From the IMG/VR virus record IMGVR_UViG_3300049859_000211, positions 1 to 43,531 of that record: a DNA stretch of 43,531 nucleotides. One strand, written 5' to 3'. The position numbers were made by a program, and so were the translations under genes. The notes beneath the pieces are model-generated. The model saw nothing but the letters and a program-made list of their open reading frames with translations, made no database searches and was not told the DNA's origin. Below are positions 33,722 to 43,294 of the stretch, piece by piece. Within the stretch, counting starts at the first letter, position 1, and each line of letters begins with the position of its first letter. The stretch is from a virus (lineage: Duplodnaviria; Caudoviricetes).

Positions 33722-34539
33722 TTAGTTCTCACAATCTTTGCCATTATTTGTTTATGTCCTGGGTGGAATTCCATCGAGTAGTCGTGTGCATTTATGCGCT
33801 TAACCGCACGTTGAACACACCACACGAGTGTCTCTTGGGTGAAGGCGTTGACGTGGTGAAGCCAAGCCCCTTCTGTATATAAGTCATCGAGGTTTTTTTG
33901 CTCCACCCATTCCTCCGCGTTAGGTGTAGTCAGGCACAAAATACCACCCACCTCAAGGGAAGTCAACAGGTTCGTTAATAATAGAACCGGGTCCGATACG
34001 TGCTCTATGACTTCCAAGCATTCGATAAAATCGAATTGTTGGACGTCGTTTTTTTCTACGTCGAACCTCTCAACCGTTCCCACACGGCCAGGAAATATAA
34101 GGTCTAAAGCTTCCACCACGGCTGACCGACCTTCTTGCAATTCGGACACGGATAAATGCGCTGTGGTATTGGTCAATATCTCTTTAGCTAACGTCCCTTC
34201 ACCTCCACCAACGGATAACACGTGCCGTGGTTGTTTCTCAATCGCTTGGTTTAGGGCGAACTTTGTGCGATCCAAGTTCAACAAGTTCGGATCACAAAAC
34301 GGAACGAAATCACCTTGCATACCGTTCGTATATTCCGAATATCGCTTGACGTAGACCTCGTCATCGAAATAATGCGCCACCTTATCCCGTATTAAAGCTC
34401 GTATTTGCACTACCTCGGGGTGTTCTTTAAGAAACACCGGGGTGGCGTTGTCTAAAAACGTCAGCGCCTTTACGGGCTCGGCGCATTGTATTAAAAACTC
34501 AGCGTAGTTGACTACGTTTCGAACGAGGGCATCTTTCAT
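33718..34539 (-). CDS. Class I SAM-dependent methyltransferase
   Basis: VLSVGGGEG, CLEVIEHV and LTTPN. Confidence 0.85.
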   Translation of the reverse strand: MKDALVRNVVNYAEFLIQCAEPVKALTFLDNATPVFLKEHPEVVQIRALIRDKVAHYFDDEVYVKRYSEYTNGMQGDFVPFCDPNLLNLDRTKFALNQAIEKQPRHVLSVGGGEGTLAKEILTNTTAHLSVSELQEGRSAVVEALDLIFPGRVGTVERFDVEKNDVQQFDFIECLEVIEHVSDPVLLLTNLLTSLEVGGILCLTTPNAEEWVEQKNLDDLYTEGAWLHHVNAFTQETLVWCVQRAVKRINAHDYSMEFHPGHKQIMAKIVRTK

Positions 34540-34796
34540 ATTTTCCTCAATTCTTCGACTTTAAGCGAGAAACACCTGTGGGGTTCCCCTTCCTCGTCTG
34601 ACAACGTTCCGTAACATCCCAAAGGTGTAGGTTCGAATTCGAAGGTGAATATGCTTAGGTCTGAGTATTCGTAGTATTCTCGAATCGCGTGTTTACAAAC
34701 GTCTTCGTGGTTTACCTCTGGGTTGGCCTCGTAAAAATCTTCGTGGGCTAGTTCTCCTGTAATGGGACAGCACATTGTGAAGTGTAAAAAAATCAT
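34536..34796 (-). CDS. Hypothetical protein
   Basis: ATGA-coupled. Confidence 0.6.
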   Translation of the reverse strand: MIFLHFTMCCPITGELAHEDFYEANPEVNHEDVCKHAIREYYEYSDLSIFTFEFEPTPLGCYGTLSDEEGEPHRCFSLKVEELRKI

Positions 34797-35326
34797 TTTT
34801 GTCCTCTCAATACCACGGAATATGAGCTCGTTTTACGGATACCAGGTATCTCTTCCCCAGTCTTTAATACGTCAAGGATTCGCTTGGTGTCCAGCTCCGT
34901 TTTAAAAAATTGGCTTGGGATCGCGTCTTGGTCCACGACCTCGAATGATGCCTTCGTGGAGAAGCCGACACCGTCGACGTTAGGTGCGATATTCATAGCT
35001 TGCAACGCCATGACCACGTCCCCCCGATTGAATGCGGCTTCGGCTTCCAGAGCGGACTCTTTTTGTTTTCGCTCTAAATAATCTAACAATAAAAACTTCC
35101 CTTTCTTTATGGACTCTTCGATTAAATCCTCCGACTCTCCGTAGTTCGCTTTAGCCGTGGCGTATAGCTCACGTGCAGGTTTTAAGAACTCGTCTTTTTT
35201 GTCCGAGACGAGTTTCTCCGCCCCTTTAAGCATAACCAAGGCCTCGGCTACGGCCTTGAATTCTGAGGGTGTGTTGACTACGGGTATCTTCATCAAATGC
35301 CCGTGTGTTGTTTGTAAAGCGTTCAT
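34793..35326 (-). CDS. Coiled-coil protein, Gp157-like
   Basis: Helical N-terminus and C-terminal VVDQDAIP..GEEIPGI. Confidence 0.55.
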   Translation of the reverse strand: MNALQTTHGHLMKIPVVNTPSEFKAVAEALVMLKGAEKLVSDKKDEFLKPARELYATAKANYGESEDLIEESIKKGKFLLLDYLERKQKESALEAEAAFNRGDVVMALQAMNIAPNVDGVGFSTKASFEVVDQDAIPSQFFKTELDTKRILDVLKTGEEIPGIRKTSSYSVVLRGQK

Positions 35327-35448
35327 TTTTTTCTCGATTCTAAGATGTCGGAGACGGTTTGGCCGAATAGCAACGCGCCGACCATTAAAAAGGAAATAAG
35401 CAACATGGGAGCGAATAAGGCAGCAGCAATCAGTAAAAAGTCGATCAT
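35323..35448 (-). CDS. Small membrane peptide (41 aa)
   Basis: GAGG RBS; MIDFLLIAAALFAPMLLISFLMVG...; ATGA overlap. Confidence 0.55.
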   Translation of the reverse strand: MIDFLLIAAALFAPMLLISFLMVGALLFGQTVSDILESRKK

Positions 35449-35456
35449 TTTATACC

Positions 35457-35687
35457 TCAATAAAAAAGTTCTACCTTATGGGATCTAGCTTCGTTGTCTA
35501 GTAATTTTTGTACATGAATACGAGCAAGGTCTTCGTTTACATACCAAACCTCTTCTTTCCAGAAATCAAACCCGAAGATAGAAAATACAAGTCTGTCGAC
35601 GAGGGCTGTTCCTGTTTTTGAAAAACGAATTCTGTATTTAGGCTTCCTTTTGTCCGGGGTCGCTAGTGCGTGGGTTGATGTGTTCAT
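35457..35687 (-). CDS. Hypothetical protein (start MNTST)
   Basis: ATGA overlap with the resolvase stop. Confidence 0.55.
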   Translation of the reverse strand: MNTSTHALATPDKRKPKYRIRFSKTGTALVDRLVFSIFGFDFWKEEVWYVNEDLARIHVQKLLDNEARSHKVELFY

Positions 35688-36130
35688 TTTTGTCCCAGGA
35701 ACCAATAACCAAGCGATATTGCATCGACTACGTTGTGTAGTTTGGCTTTTGGTCCTTTTAGAAACTTAGCTACTTCTGGGTGATCTGTCAAGAATATCTT
35801 TTGGCGTTTCTCTTTCGGTATCCCAAGCGTCCACGTTCTCGGCTTTATGAGGTGCACTGGGAGGTGTGCATATAACCCCCCAACCGCCCCCGCGTTGTGG
35901 GCGACGTCAATCATGTCGTTAGGATCACCCTTCGACACACGGTAGATTTGTTGTGATTCTACCACGACCTCGTGTAAGGTTTCGTTTTTAAGAACGTTTC
36001 TCAATTGGTCAGCCGTGTCGATGGGCCCTTCCCCTTTAATCAGCCCAGCTTTCGTCAATACACCGTCGACGAATACGGCGTATCCGCAATCGTTCTTTCC
36101 TGGGTCTACGGCTAAAATAGTTTTAGTCAT
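35684..36130 (-). CDS. RuvC-like Holliday junction resolvase
   Basis: ILAVDPG, VVESQ, PRTW and VDA. Confidence 0.75.
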   Translation of the reverse strand: MTKTILAVDPGKNDCGYAVFVDGVLTKAGLIKGEGPIDTADQLRNVLKNETLHEVVVESQQIYRVSKGDPNDMIDVAHNAGAVGGLYAHLPVHLIKPRTWTLGIPKEKRQKIFLTDHPEVAKFLKGPKAKLHNVVDAISLGYWFLGQK

Positions 36131-36464
36131 GTTTCTTGCCCGAGAAAAAGTTTACGTGTATTTTTCCGGAATCGTCTGTTAAAATCAGGGCGGTTTGTTG
36201 GGTGTTGTTCAACATAGCGTTTACAATGTATCTAAAAATATCCTTATTGGACGCCAAATCCGCGTATTCCTCTTCGTAGTCGTGATGATAGAGCGTGTCT
36301 ACTTTGACGAAGTCCCCTTCGATAGTGATGTGTGTCGCCCCATCATTGTTTAACCTAACTACCGTGGAGGTATTCTCCCGACACCAGACATCCACACCGT
36401 CTCTGGTGACTACGATTCTAGCAACTTCTTTTTTTTCTCTTTTTACGATCATTTTAAATCCCAC
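36123..36464 (-). CDS. Hypothetical protein
   Basis: ORF in the operon. Confidence 0.55.
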   Translation of the reverse strand: MGFKMIVKREKKEVARIVVTRDGVDVWCRENTSTVVRLNNDGATHITIEGDFVKVDTLYHHDYEEEYADLASNKDIFRYIVNAMLNNTQQTALILTDDSGKIHVNFFSGKKHD

Positions 36465-38410
36465 GCCGTTAAACGGCCTTCATGTGTATAAGCTGGTTCC
36501 ATAGCCTTAATCCATCGGGTGGCTAAGGCGGCCTCAGCTAAAATCGGAACGTCTGGACACACGTTGTTTCCTTCGACCGACATCAGCCTTTGAATTTCTA
36601 ACGCTGCTTCGTGTGCCTTGTCAATAGGCACTTCAGCTAAAATTTCATCGTGGATAAACACGAGAGGTCGGGAACCGTAAAGTGGCGATCCGGACTCGAC
36701 GTATGACGCTTGGGACACACGGTAAAAAGCCCGCTTTGCCAGGTCGGAAGCTATGCCTTGAAACCACGTGTTGGCGGCATTACAAAAACTTAATCCCCCA
36801 CGGACACGGCCCGATACGGGCATGACGACCGGGTCCCCCGTCTGGGCGTGGTATTGGGCGATGTCGAAGTATTCTTTCATCTCTGGGTAGGCGGCAAGCC
36901 ACGAATCTTTTATGGCGTAGCACTCGTCTAACGAATAGGGTTTTTCAAGTTGTCCGGATTCGTAAAGAGACATGAATTGCCCGTGTAATGTTTTCGCGCC
37001 GACACCTCCTGGGAAGGAGAAGTTAGCGGCTTTGGCTACGGCTCGAATCTTTTTAAAAGACTTGTCTTCTTTCTTTCGCTTTAACGCTTCTTCGTATGTG
37101 ATGCCGACGAGCTGTCCTCCGAAGTAGGTGTGTGGATCCCAATTCGGATCGGCTTGGTATCCCTTGGCGAATGTCGAATAGCCGATCAACCACAAACAAG
37201 CTTGTCCTAAAGTTCGTAGTTCGAGTGAGTTATAATCGACCGAGCAAATCCAATGTCCTGGGCGAGGGATGAGAGCTTCCCTCAGTCCCGGCGCTGAATT
37301 TATGTTTTGGAGATTTGTGCCAACTTTCACCTCTTTTTTTACGTAAGCTTCCGGTGGATGCGGCCACCACGGATTGCACTCTACGTTCTTGGACCCACCC
37401 CATGAAGTTCTCCCGGTAGCTACCAACGGATTCGGCCTCGAAGTCATCGCGTGCCGGATGCCCGGTTCAAATGCCCCCAGATACGTTTCGAGCATTTTGT
37501 TGGCAGTGTTGTGTTCTGACACCGCTTTTAACGACGGATCGAACTCTTTGAGTGATTCCAACGTCTCCACGTCGGTTTTCGTTTGGCCTTGTGGGTTTCG
37601 GGTGGTGGGTTCAGTTTTCGGTATCTTTTTACGGCCTTTAATACAGGCCCTTTCCACGGCTTTAATGAGTTGCGCTTTGTCGACGGACCCGTCTTCTCTA
37701 TATAAACCAGCCCAGATAAGAGTTTGAATAGCCTCCTGGTCTTTTTTTGAGTATTCCTCCACCAATAAAGCGTGTTGGATGGGGTCTACTTTTAAACCCC
37801 ATGTGGCCGCGAGTTGTAGGGCGAAGGCCGCAGCCACGTGGAGCCACTCATCTTTCGGTGTGAATTCTCTGAGTTGGTGGCGTGAGACTTGTCTTAAAGC
37901 GACCACGTCGGTTAGCGCGTAGTCTAAGGCTTCTTTAGGCCACTCTCTAACGTGAACCCCGTCTAATAGCGCATATTTTAGTCGCCACGTGTCATCTCCT
38001 TTATCCATCTCTATTCCGAGGCGTCGTTTAGCGATCCCGGCGAGGGAATAGAATCCTTTAGCGGTGTTATCTTGGAATGTTCCAGCGGCGATACGTGTGA
38101 GTTGCTCACGGATTAAAGTATCTCTTCCTTTGCCATCGGATAAAGCTTTAAACACGAAAGGTGTGAGGTTCGGGAACGCAGCACATAAAACAACGTAATC
38201 GAAACACCCGTTGTGCGCTTCGATGACGTCTGCGTTTATGAGCGCATCCCGAAAAATGGACTCGGCCTCTTCTCCAGTCGTTATTTCTACGTCTCCATCC
38301 TCTTCATTTTTACCGTCAATATCGGAGGCGTGCTGTAGACACACCAATTTCGGCGCCAATAGCCCGGGGCGAATCGGATACGTTTCGGTGTCAAATCGAA
38401 ATACTTTCAT
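36449..38410 (-). CDS. polA: Family A DNA polymerase with 3'-5' exonuclease
   Basis: Exonuclease DTET, HNGCFD and YALTD; TGR; motif A DYNSLELR, motif B RAVAKAANF, motif C HDE. Confidence 0.95.
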   Translation of the reverse strand: MKVFRFDTETYPIRPGLLAPKLVCLQHASDIDGKNEEDGDVEITTGEEAESIFRDALINADVIEAHNGCFDYVVLCAAFPNLTPFVFKALSDGKGRDTLIREQLTRIAAGTFQDNTAKGFYSLAGIAKRRLGIEMDKGDDTWRLKYALLDGVHVREWPKEALDYALTDVVALRQVSRHQLREFTPKDEWLHVAAAFALQLAATWGLKVDPIQHALLVEEYSKKDQEAIQTLIWAGLYREDGSVDKAQLIKAVERACIKGRKKIPKTEPTTRNPQGQTKTDVETLESLKEFDPSLKAVSEHNTANKMLETYLGAFEPGIRHAMTSRPNPLVATGRTSWGGSKNVECNPWWPHPPEAYVKKEVKVGTNLQNINSAPGLREALIPRPGHWICSVDYNSLELRTLGQACLWLIGYSTFAKGYQADPNWDPHTYFGGQLVGITYEEALKRKKEDKSFKKIRAVAKAANFSFPGGVGAKTLHGQFMSLYESGQLEKPYSLDECYAIKDSWLAAYPEMKEYFDIAQYHAQTGDPVVMPVSGRVRGGLSFCNAANTWFQGIASDLAKRAFYRVSQASYVESGSPLYGSRPLVFIHDEILAEVPIDKAHEAALEIQRLMSVEGNNVCPDVPILAEAALATRWIKAMEPAYTHEGRLTAWDLK

Positions 38411-38772
38411 ACTTTTCCTGGAATTAATGGTTTAATTTTTATAAATGATTTGCTGAAATAAACCTCGACATGTGTTCCCCCCTTTACATACGAATCTAGT
38501 GGGACGTTTACATAAGGCGTTCCTTTTGCTCTTCTTGGAACGGAATTAACTTTATATTTCTTACATCTAAGTACTTCTGAGTGTCTTTGCTTTTTTCTGT
38601 CTGTGTCCTTCGATTTCTTTACATAAATGGTCGTTTTTGTGAAAAATAGCTCTACTATTTCTCCCTTTTCTGCCCCTAGTGTGTTGAGTGGTAGAGCGAT
38701 AACGACTCTATTGTTAGCTATATAGGCTTTGTAAATTCTAGTCTCGGACTGCGTGGGGTTACTTTTTGTCAT
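38407..38772 (-). CDS. Basic hypothetical protein
   Basis: ATGA-coupled; Lys-rich and AT-rich. Confidence 0.6.
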   Translation of the reverse strand: MTKSNPTQSETRIYKAYIANNRVVIALPLNTLGAEKGEIVELFFTKTTIYVKKSKDTDRKKQRHSEVLRCKKYKVNSVPRRAKGTPYVNVPLDSYVKGGTHVEVYFSKSFIKIKPLIPGKV

Positions 38773-39101
38773 TTTTTTCGATCTTTCAAATAAGAAAGGG
38801 ATGCTAGGTGTGTGAACGACATCTCACTCACGTAATGAGTGTGTGTTTCTCCGTTGCGGAATAATCGAGCTCGGGCCTGGGACGCTTCCCAAGTTTGGTC
38901 GAGGAGGTTTTCGTATTTGTGCGTCAACAACCTCCACGAATCCGCCCACCCATACAACGCCCAATCCTGCTCGGTGAACGGGTCCTCCTTTTCGTCGGCT
39001 TCGAACGGGTCGTCTCGGTATCCGGGGCGTTTCATGGCGGCCATCCATCTACCTTCGCAGAACTGTATTTTCTTGATTATCTTTAGCGTTTCTGGGCTCA
39101 T
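38769..39101 (-). CDS. Hypothetical protein
   Basis: Preceded by TTGACT-N18-TAAGCT-N6-ATG. Confidence 0.6.
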   Translation of the reverse strand: MSPETLKIIKKIQFCEGRWMAAMKRPGYRDDPFEADEKEDPFTEQDWALYGWADSWRLLTHKYENLLDQTWEASQARARLFRNGETHTHYVSEMSFTHLASLSYLKDRKK

Positions 39102-39133
39102 GCCTAAAGCTTAAACACATTCGGTCGGTTTAG

Positions 39134-39607
39134 TCAATCCAAAATTTCATCTTTATCAATTCCTAAGTATTTACATATTTCTTCACACGAAATATGTAAT
39201 CGGATATCGAGGCCTTCGTGTCCAACAGCGTCATAGGCTGCGTAGGTGGCATCCGCCGAAGCGTAAGCTTTGGCCGCGTCGACGGTATCATAAGCAACCC
39301 TCGAAGGTATATCAAGGTCGTCCACTTCGGATTCGACGCGGATTGAATCCAAATCAACCTCTTCTCCGTCTACCCAACGTTTGAGCTCGTTAATACATTC
39401 CAACGGTGATGCAGACATTGAGGGTAACATAGGGGCTATAGTTTTTAGAACTAAAGAGATGTAGTCTTTCCTCGATAAAGAACCCCTAACATGGGCTCTG
39501 CCTACCAACCACATAGCATCGTCTTTGGATTTATCCCACTCCTTTTGGGTAGTAGATCCCATTCTTGATGCATATTCGCATGGTCTCAAATCTTTTAGTT
39601 TAGTCAT
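39134..39607 (-). CDS. Divergent Ala-family paralogue A5 with a non-repetitive core
   Basis: MTKLKDLRPC..SRMGSTTQKEWDK..WLVGRAH..ELKRWVDG..SCEEICKYL. Confidence 0.85.
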   Translation of the reverse strand: MTKLKDLRPCEYASRMGSTTQKEWDKSKDDAMWLVGRAHVRGSLSRKDYISLVLKTIAPMLPSMSASPLECINELKRWVDGEEVDLDSIRVESEVDDLDIPSRVAYDTVDAAKAYASADATYAAYDAVGHEGLDIRLHISCEEICKYLGIDKDEILD

Positions 39608-40089
39608 ACGATCTCCTTTTCCTTATCCATATTTGGAAAGTATTTGCACACGTCTTCGCATGAAACTAGCGAATATATTTTTTTATAAAAGGCAAGAGCA
39701 ACAGCAGCAGCAAAAGCAACAGCATAAGTAGCAACAGCATCAGCAGCAGCATCCTCAGCCGCATAAGTAGCAACAGCAGCAGCAGCATCAGTAGCAAAAA
39801 CAGCACGGGCAGTATCTCTCACTTTTACCAAGTCGACCGAATCATCACCATTAACCCATTTCCATAATTCCGAAATACAATCTTGTGATTCTTTAGGGGC
39901 TACCTTTACTGAGTCCTCAATCATCAAAAGTGTAATTCGCATCAATTCTCTTCGAGGCATCGTTCCGTGTGAATGTGCTTGTCCAACCAACCAAAAAGCT
40001 TCTCTAGGATCTTTATCCCATTCTTTTTGAATGGTAGAACCGATTCGGGATTCCATATTGCAGGCATTTAAGTCTCTTAAAGTTGTCAT
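39604..40089 (-). CDS. Ala-rich variable-core protein, paralogue A4
   Basis: Same flanks as A1 and A2. Confidence 0.9.
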   Translation of the reverse strand: MTTLRDLNACNMESRIGSTIQKEWDKDPREAFWLVGQAHSHGTMPRRELMRITLLMIEDSVKVAPKESQDCISELWKWVNGDDSVDLVKVRDTARAVFATDAAAAVATYAAEDAAADAVATYAVAFAAAVALAFYKKIYSLVSCEDVCKYFPNMDKEKEIV

Positions 40090-40607
40090 GTGATCACCTT
40101 TTCCTTGTCCATATCTTTAAAGTATTTGCACACGTCTTCACAAGAAATAATCGAATAGATTTTTTTGTAGTTATTTAAATAAGCAGCAATAGCATGAGAG
40201 GCAGCTTCCGAAGCATCATCAGAACGAGCAACACGAGCAGCATTAACAGCAGCACGAGCAGCAGAAAAAGTAGCAAAAGAAGCCTCATTAACAGCAGCAC
40301 GAGCAGCGGCAGCATCGGCAGCACGAGCATTTTCTCTAACTTCTTTTAAATCAACCGAATCATCTCCATTAACCCATTTCCATAATTCGGTAATACAGTC
40401 CTGAGAGGCTTTAGGTGATAACTTTACAGAGTCCTCAATCATTAAAAGTGTGATTCGAACTAATTCCCTTCTAGTCATTGTTCCGTGTGAATGGGCTCTA
40501 CAAACTCCCCAAAAAGCATTTCTAGGGTCCTTATCCCATTCTTTTTGAATGGTTGAACCTATTCTAGATTCCATATAGCAAGCGTTTAAATCTCTTAATG
40601 TCGTCAT
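40086..40607 (-). CDS. Ala-rich variable-core protein, paralogue A3 (start MTTLR)
   Basis: AAGGTG RBS; N-terminus near-identical to A2. Confidence 0.9.
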   Translation of the reverse strand: MTTLRDLNACYMESRIGSTIQKEWDKDPRNAFWGVCRAHSHGTMTRRELVRITLLMIEDSVKLSPKASQDCITELWKWVNGDDSVDLKEVRENARAADAAAARAAVNEASFATFSAARAAVNAARVARSDDASEAASHAIAAYLNNYKKIYSIISCEDVCKYFKDMDKEKVIT

Positions 40608-40629
40608 GCGATCACCTTTTTTTAAAAGA

Positions 40630-43287
40630 CTAAGTGATCTCCGAAGCCGAGTCAACTTGAATCTTCGTGAATGGTTCTAAAATGGTGTTCTTTTCCGTCC
40701 AGCCTTGTGGGATGCGCGTTCCGAAATGGAAGTGAAAAATGGTGTCCGAGTCGGACTTCGTTTTTTGCGGGTTTCGCGCCCGTCCGTGTGCCTGGGCTAA
40801 CTCGGATGTGGCTGTGGCGTCGATGAACTCTGAGAACTCGGTTTGGAGAAAATCACCCTGGGTGATCGTTAAGTATTCCAAATACTTCGCGGTAATGTTG
40901 GCTACTGGGTCCCCGATAGTAATAAACACGTTGCATCCTTCTTGAAAGTATTCGTCGTAACCACGTGTATTGCCGAAATATCCGTATTTACACCCAGGCC
41001 ACATCTCCTCCACGGAGTCCTTCGTGTCTTTATAAACGAACACGGCGGGCTTTAAACTAAAACCTCGAAGCCTAGCAAGGCGTTCCGCCATACCCTTCGC
41101 TTCTTTTACACACCTTTCGACCATCTCCGAGGATATCTTCTTCGCCGTCCGAGACACCCCTACCGTGTGATACATATAACGCTCGGTCTTCGTTCCGTCT
41201 TCTACGTTTAGATCGATGATTTGTGCACCAGGGCGTATTTTATTTAACGTGAACGTGCACGCCGTGGCGTCCATGACCACACCTCCGCTGCTGCGTAGAA
41301 TAGAAGCACTTCTAGACAATGCCGTGAAGCTCATTTTTTTGCCTGTGTTGGGACTCGTTGATATGGCTACGTAGGCATCCTCTTGTCCTATTATTTGTAG
41401 GTTTTTGATTAAAGTTTCTATTCGTAATATTTTGGTTTTTAAGTCGTCCGTTACGGATGAATAATCCACGTCTGCTTGTGCGTTTGCCTTCGCCTTGACC
41501 AAGGCGTCTAGCATCACATCGAACCTTTTAGCCATAGGCACGTCGGATGGAATCTTCATTAACCGACACGCCGCGCGGACTTGAACGTATGAGGAATGCA
41601 ACTTAAGCCAGTCCTGTGTGCACTCCCTCGTAGAATAGAAACCCTCGGTTGAATTCGCGACGATGAACTTCATACAATTAACTATTGGACGCAACGCAGT
41701 CGCTATTTGGATGGAAATCACTGAAACCGATGCCATTGCCTTGAATAGATCGCGTTCGTATTTCTTTCGTAAAACACTTTGGACTTGCTCATCCAGCCAC
41801 AACACGTCTAGTTCTGTGAAATCTGCGGAATCCACCCACTGCGGAGACTCGTCCCACACCACTAGAGGAAATCTTCCGTTAGATTGTAAAGTCAATGCCT
41901 CGTTCGGTGCTAAAGCGTGGTTTGTTATTAACAACTCCCCCTCCCCCGAAGTGGCCCCTTTAATCGCGGGGCAGTCGTTCTTATGTTCGCAAAAAGCACA
42001 TACCTGTCGATGGATGTTAGCCCCTGATGATTGGAGCTCGTTTGCCTTTTCCCTTTTTACACAAGCGTAGGTTCCGTCGTCGTTCAATACAGCCAATACA
42101 CCGGTTTTCTTTTTGTGGGGGATGGTGAGCTTCGATTGAACTTCGTGTAGTAGTTTATTCGTCGGTAAAGATAAAATGGACGACTTGCCGGGTTCGTCGT
42201 CGAAGGACATCGAATATTCACTTAAAAACTTGGCTATGGCGTGGGTTTTTCCAGCCCCCGTGGTTACTCGAATGATCGCGGTATCGCGCTGGACAGGTTT
42301 TATGGTGCGTAATAGCACGTCCATGGCGTGGTGCGCCGTCGGGACGGTGGTGTATGGTGGTGGCGGTTTTAATGTTGGGACGTGTTTTTTAGCCTCTACG
42401 TATACGGCTTTACGGAATTGTTCTGGGAATGCTTCCAGAAACCAAGCTTGGGGTTTACCGGCGCATTTGTCAGACATGCACGTCACAACACCGGTTATCG
42501 ACACCATCGTTTTGTTGGCAGAAAAGTTGTGGTGTTTGTGGGGACACTCAAAAAACCAACCCTTTTTGGTGTAGGATGTCTCGCAAAAAGTTAACACGGC
42601 TTTTGTAAATGATGACGCCATCGCAATAGCTTCGTTCTCGGTTATGTCTTTTTTTACCTTCGGTTCCGAGAACTTGTTGGGTCTCATTTGCCCTGGTCCT
42701 ATTAAAGAGACGGGATTCAAACCCTTGGACCCCGTGAACATCTCCGTGGTTGTTATCTCTTCGTCTGGTTGATTAGGCCGGCGAGTCATCACGTTCATTA
42801 AGCCAACGGCTTTTGTTACGGCTTTGTCATACTTTACTTTAGGTAATAAGGCTTCTGTTATCGCTGCGTTGGCTATTTGAATGTTCGAAACGTTGTTTTC
42901 AATGAAATATGGTTTGGCGTATGGGATTATTAAGTGGACCTTAAAGGACTCCCCCGAGCGGCGCCACTGCAACAAATAGCTACAATCTGCTTTTTTAAGC
43001 AAGACGCAGGCGTCAAACACAGGCTGCATCGTTTCTAAGGACTCGTCGATGTCTATATTCGTCGAGTTAACGGTTAGGGCTGTGGCATTTTGTCGAGTGT
43101 TGTTGGACGACGTTCCTACAAATATGGAGGGTCCCTTTCCCTTTGGAAAGACACTACCCGTCTCTTCCTCGTGGATTTTGCAAAAATCCGACCATCCATA
43201 CACAAGCACGCCATCTGAGGTGCGGCTGTTTCTGAATACCAGAAATGCGAATCCTTCGGCATCGAAATCGGAAAAATCAAGGGCCAT
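40630..43287 (-). CDS. Primase-like / SF2 helicase fusion (start probably MALDF)
   Basis: N-terminal DID and KVH AEP-like motifs, CPH..C..C Zn finger, TTGAGKT, WDES, DAT, QAHGRAR and an internal Cys cluster. Confidence 0.7.
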   Translation of the reverse strand: MALDFSDFDAEGFAFLVFRNSRTSDGVLVYGWSDFCKIHEEETGSVFPKGKGPSIFVGTSSNNTRQNATALTVNSTNIDIDESLETMQPVFDACVLLKKADCSYLLQWRRSGESFKVHLIIPYAKPYFIENNVSNIQIANAAITEALLPKVKYDKAVTKAVGLMNVMTRRPNQPDEEITTTEMFTGSKGLNPVSLIGPGQMRPNKFSEPKVKKDITENEAIAMASSFTKAVLTFCETSYTKKGWFFECPHKHHNFSANKTMVSITGVVTCMSDKCAGKPQAWFLEAFPEQFRKAVYVEAKKHVPTLKPPPPYTTVPTAHHAMDVLLRTIKPVQRDTAIIRVTTGAGKTHAIAKFLSEYSMSFDDEPGKSSILSLPTNKLLHEVQSKLTIPHKKKTGVLAVLNDDGTYACVKREKANELQSSGANIHRQVCAFCEHKNDCPAIKGATSGEGELLITNHALAPNEALTLQSNGRFPLVVWDESPQWVDSADFTELDVLWLDEQVQSVLRKKYERDLFKAMASVSVISIQIATALRPIVNCMKFIVANSTEGFYSTRECTQDWLKLHSSYVQVRAACRLMKIPSDVPMAKRFDVMLDALVKAKANAQADVDYSSVTDDLKTKILRIETLIKNLQIIGQEDAYVAISTSPNTGKKMSFTALSRSASILRSSGGVVMDATACTFTLNKIRPGAQIIDLNVEDGTKTERYMYHTVGVSRTAKKISSEMVERCVKEAKGMAERLARLRGFSLKPAVFVYKDTKDSVEEMWPGCKYGYFGNTRGYDEYFQEGCNVFITIGDPVANITAKYLEYLTITQGDFLQTEFSEFIDATATSELAQAHGRARNPQKTKSDSDTIFHFHFGTRIPQGWTEKNTILEPFTKIQVDSASEIT

Positions 43288-43294
43288 ACACACA

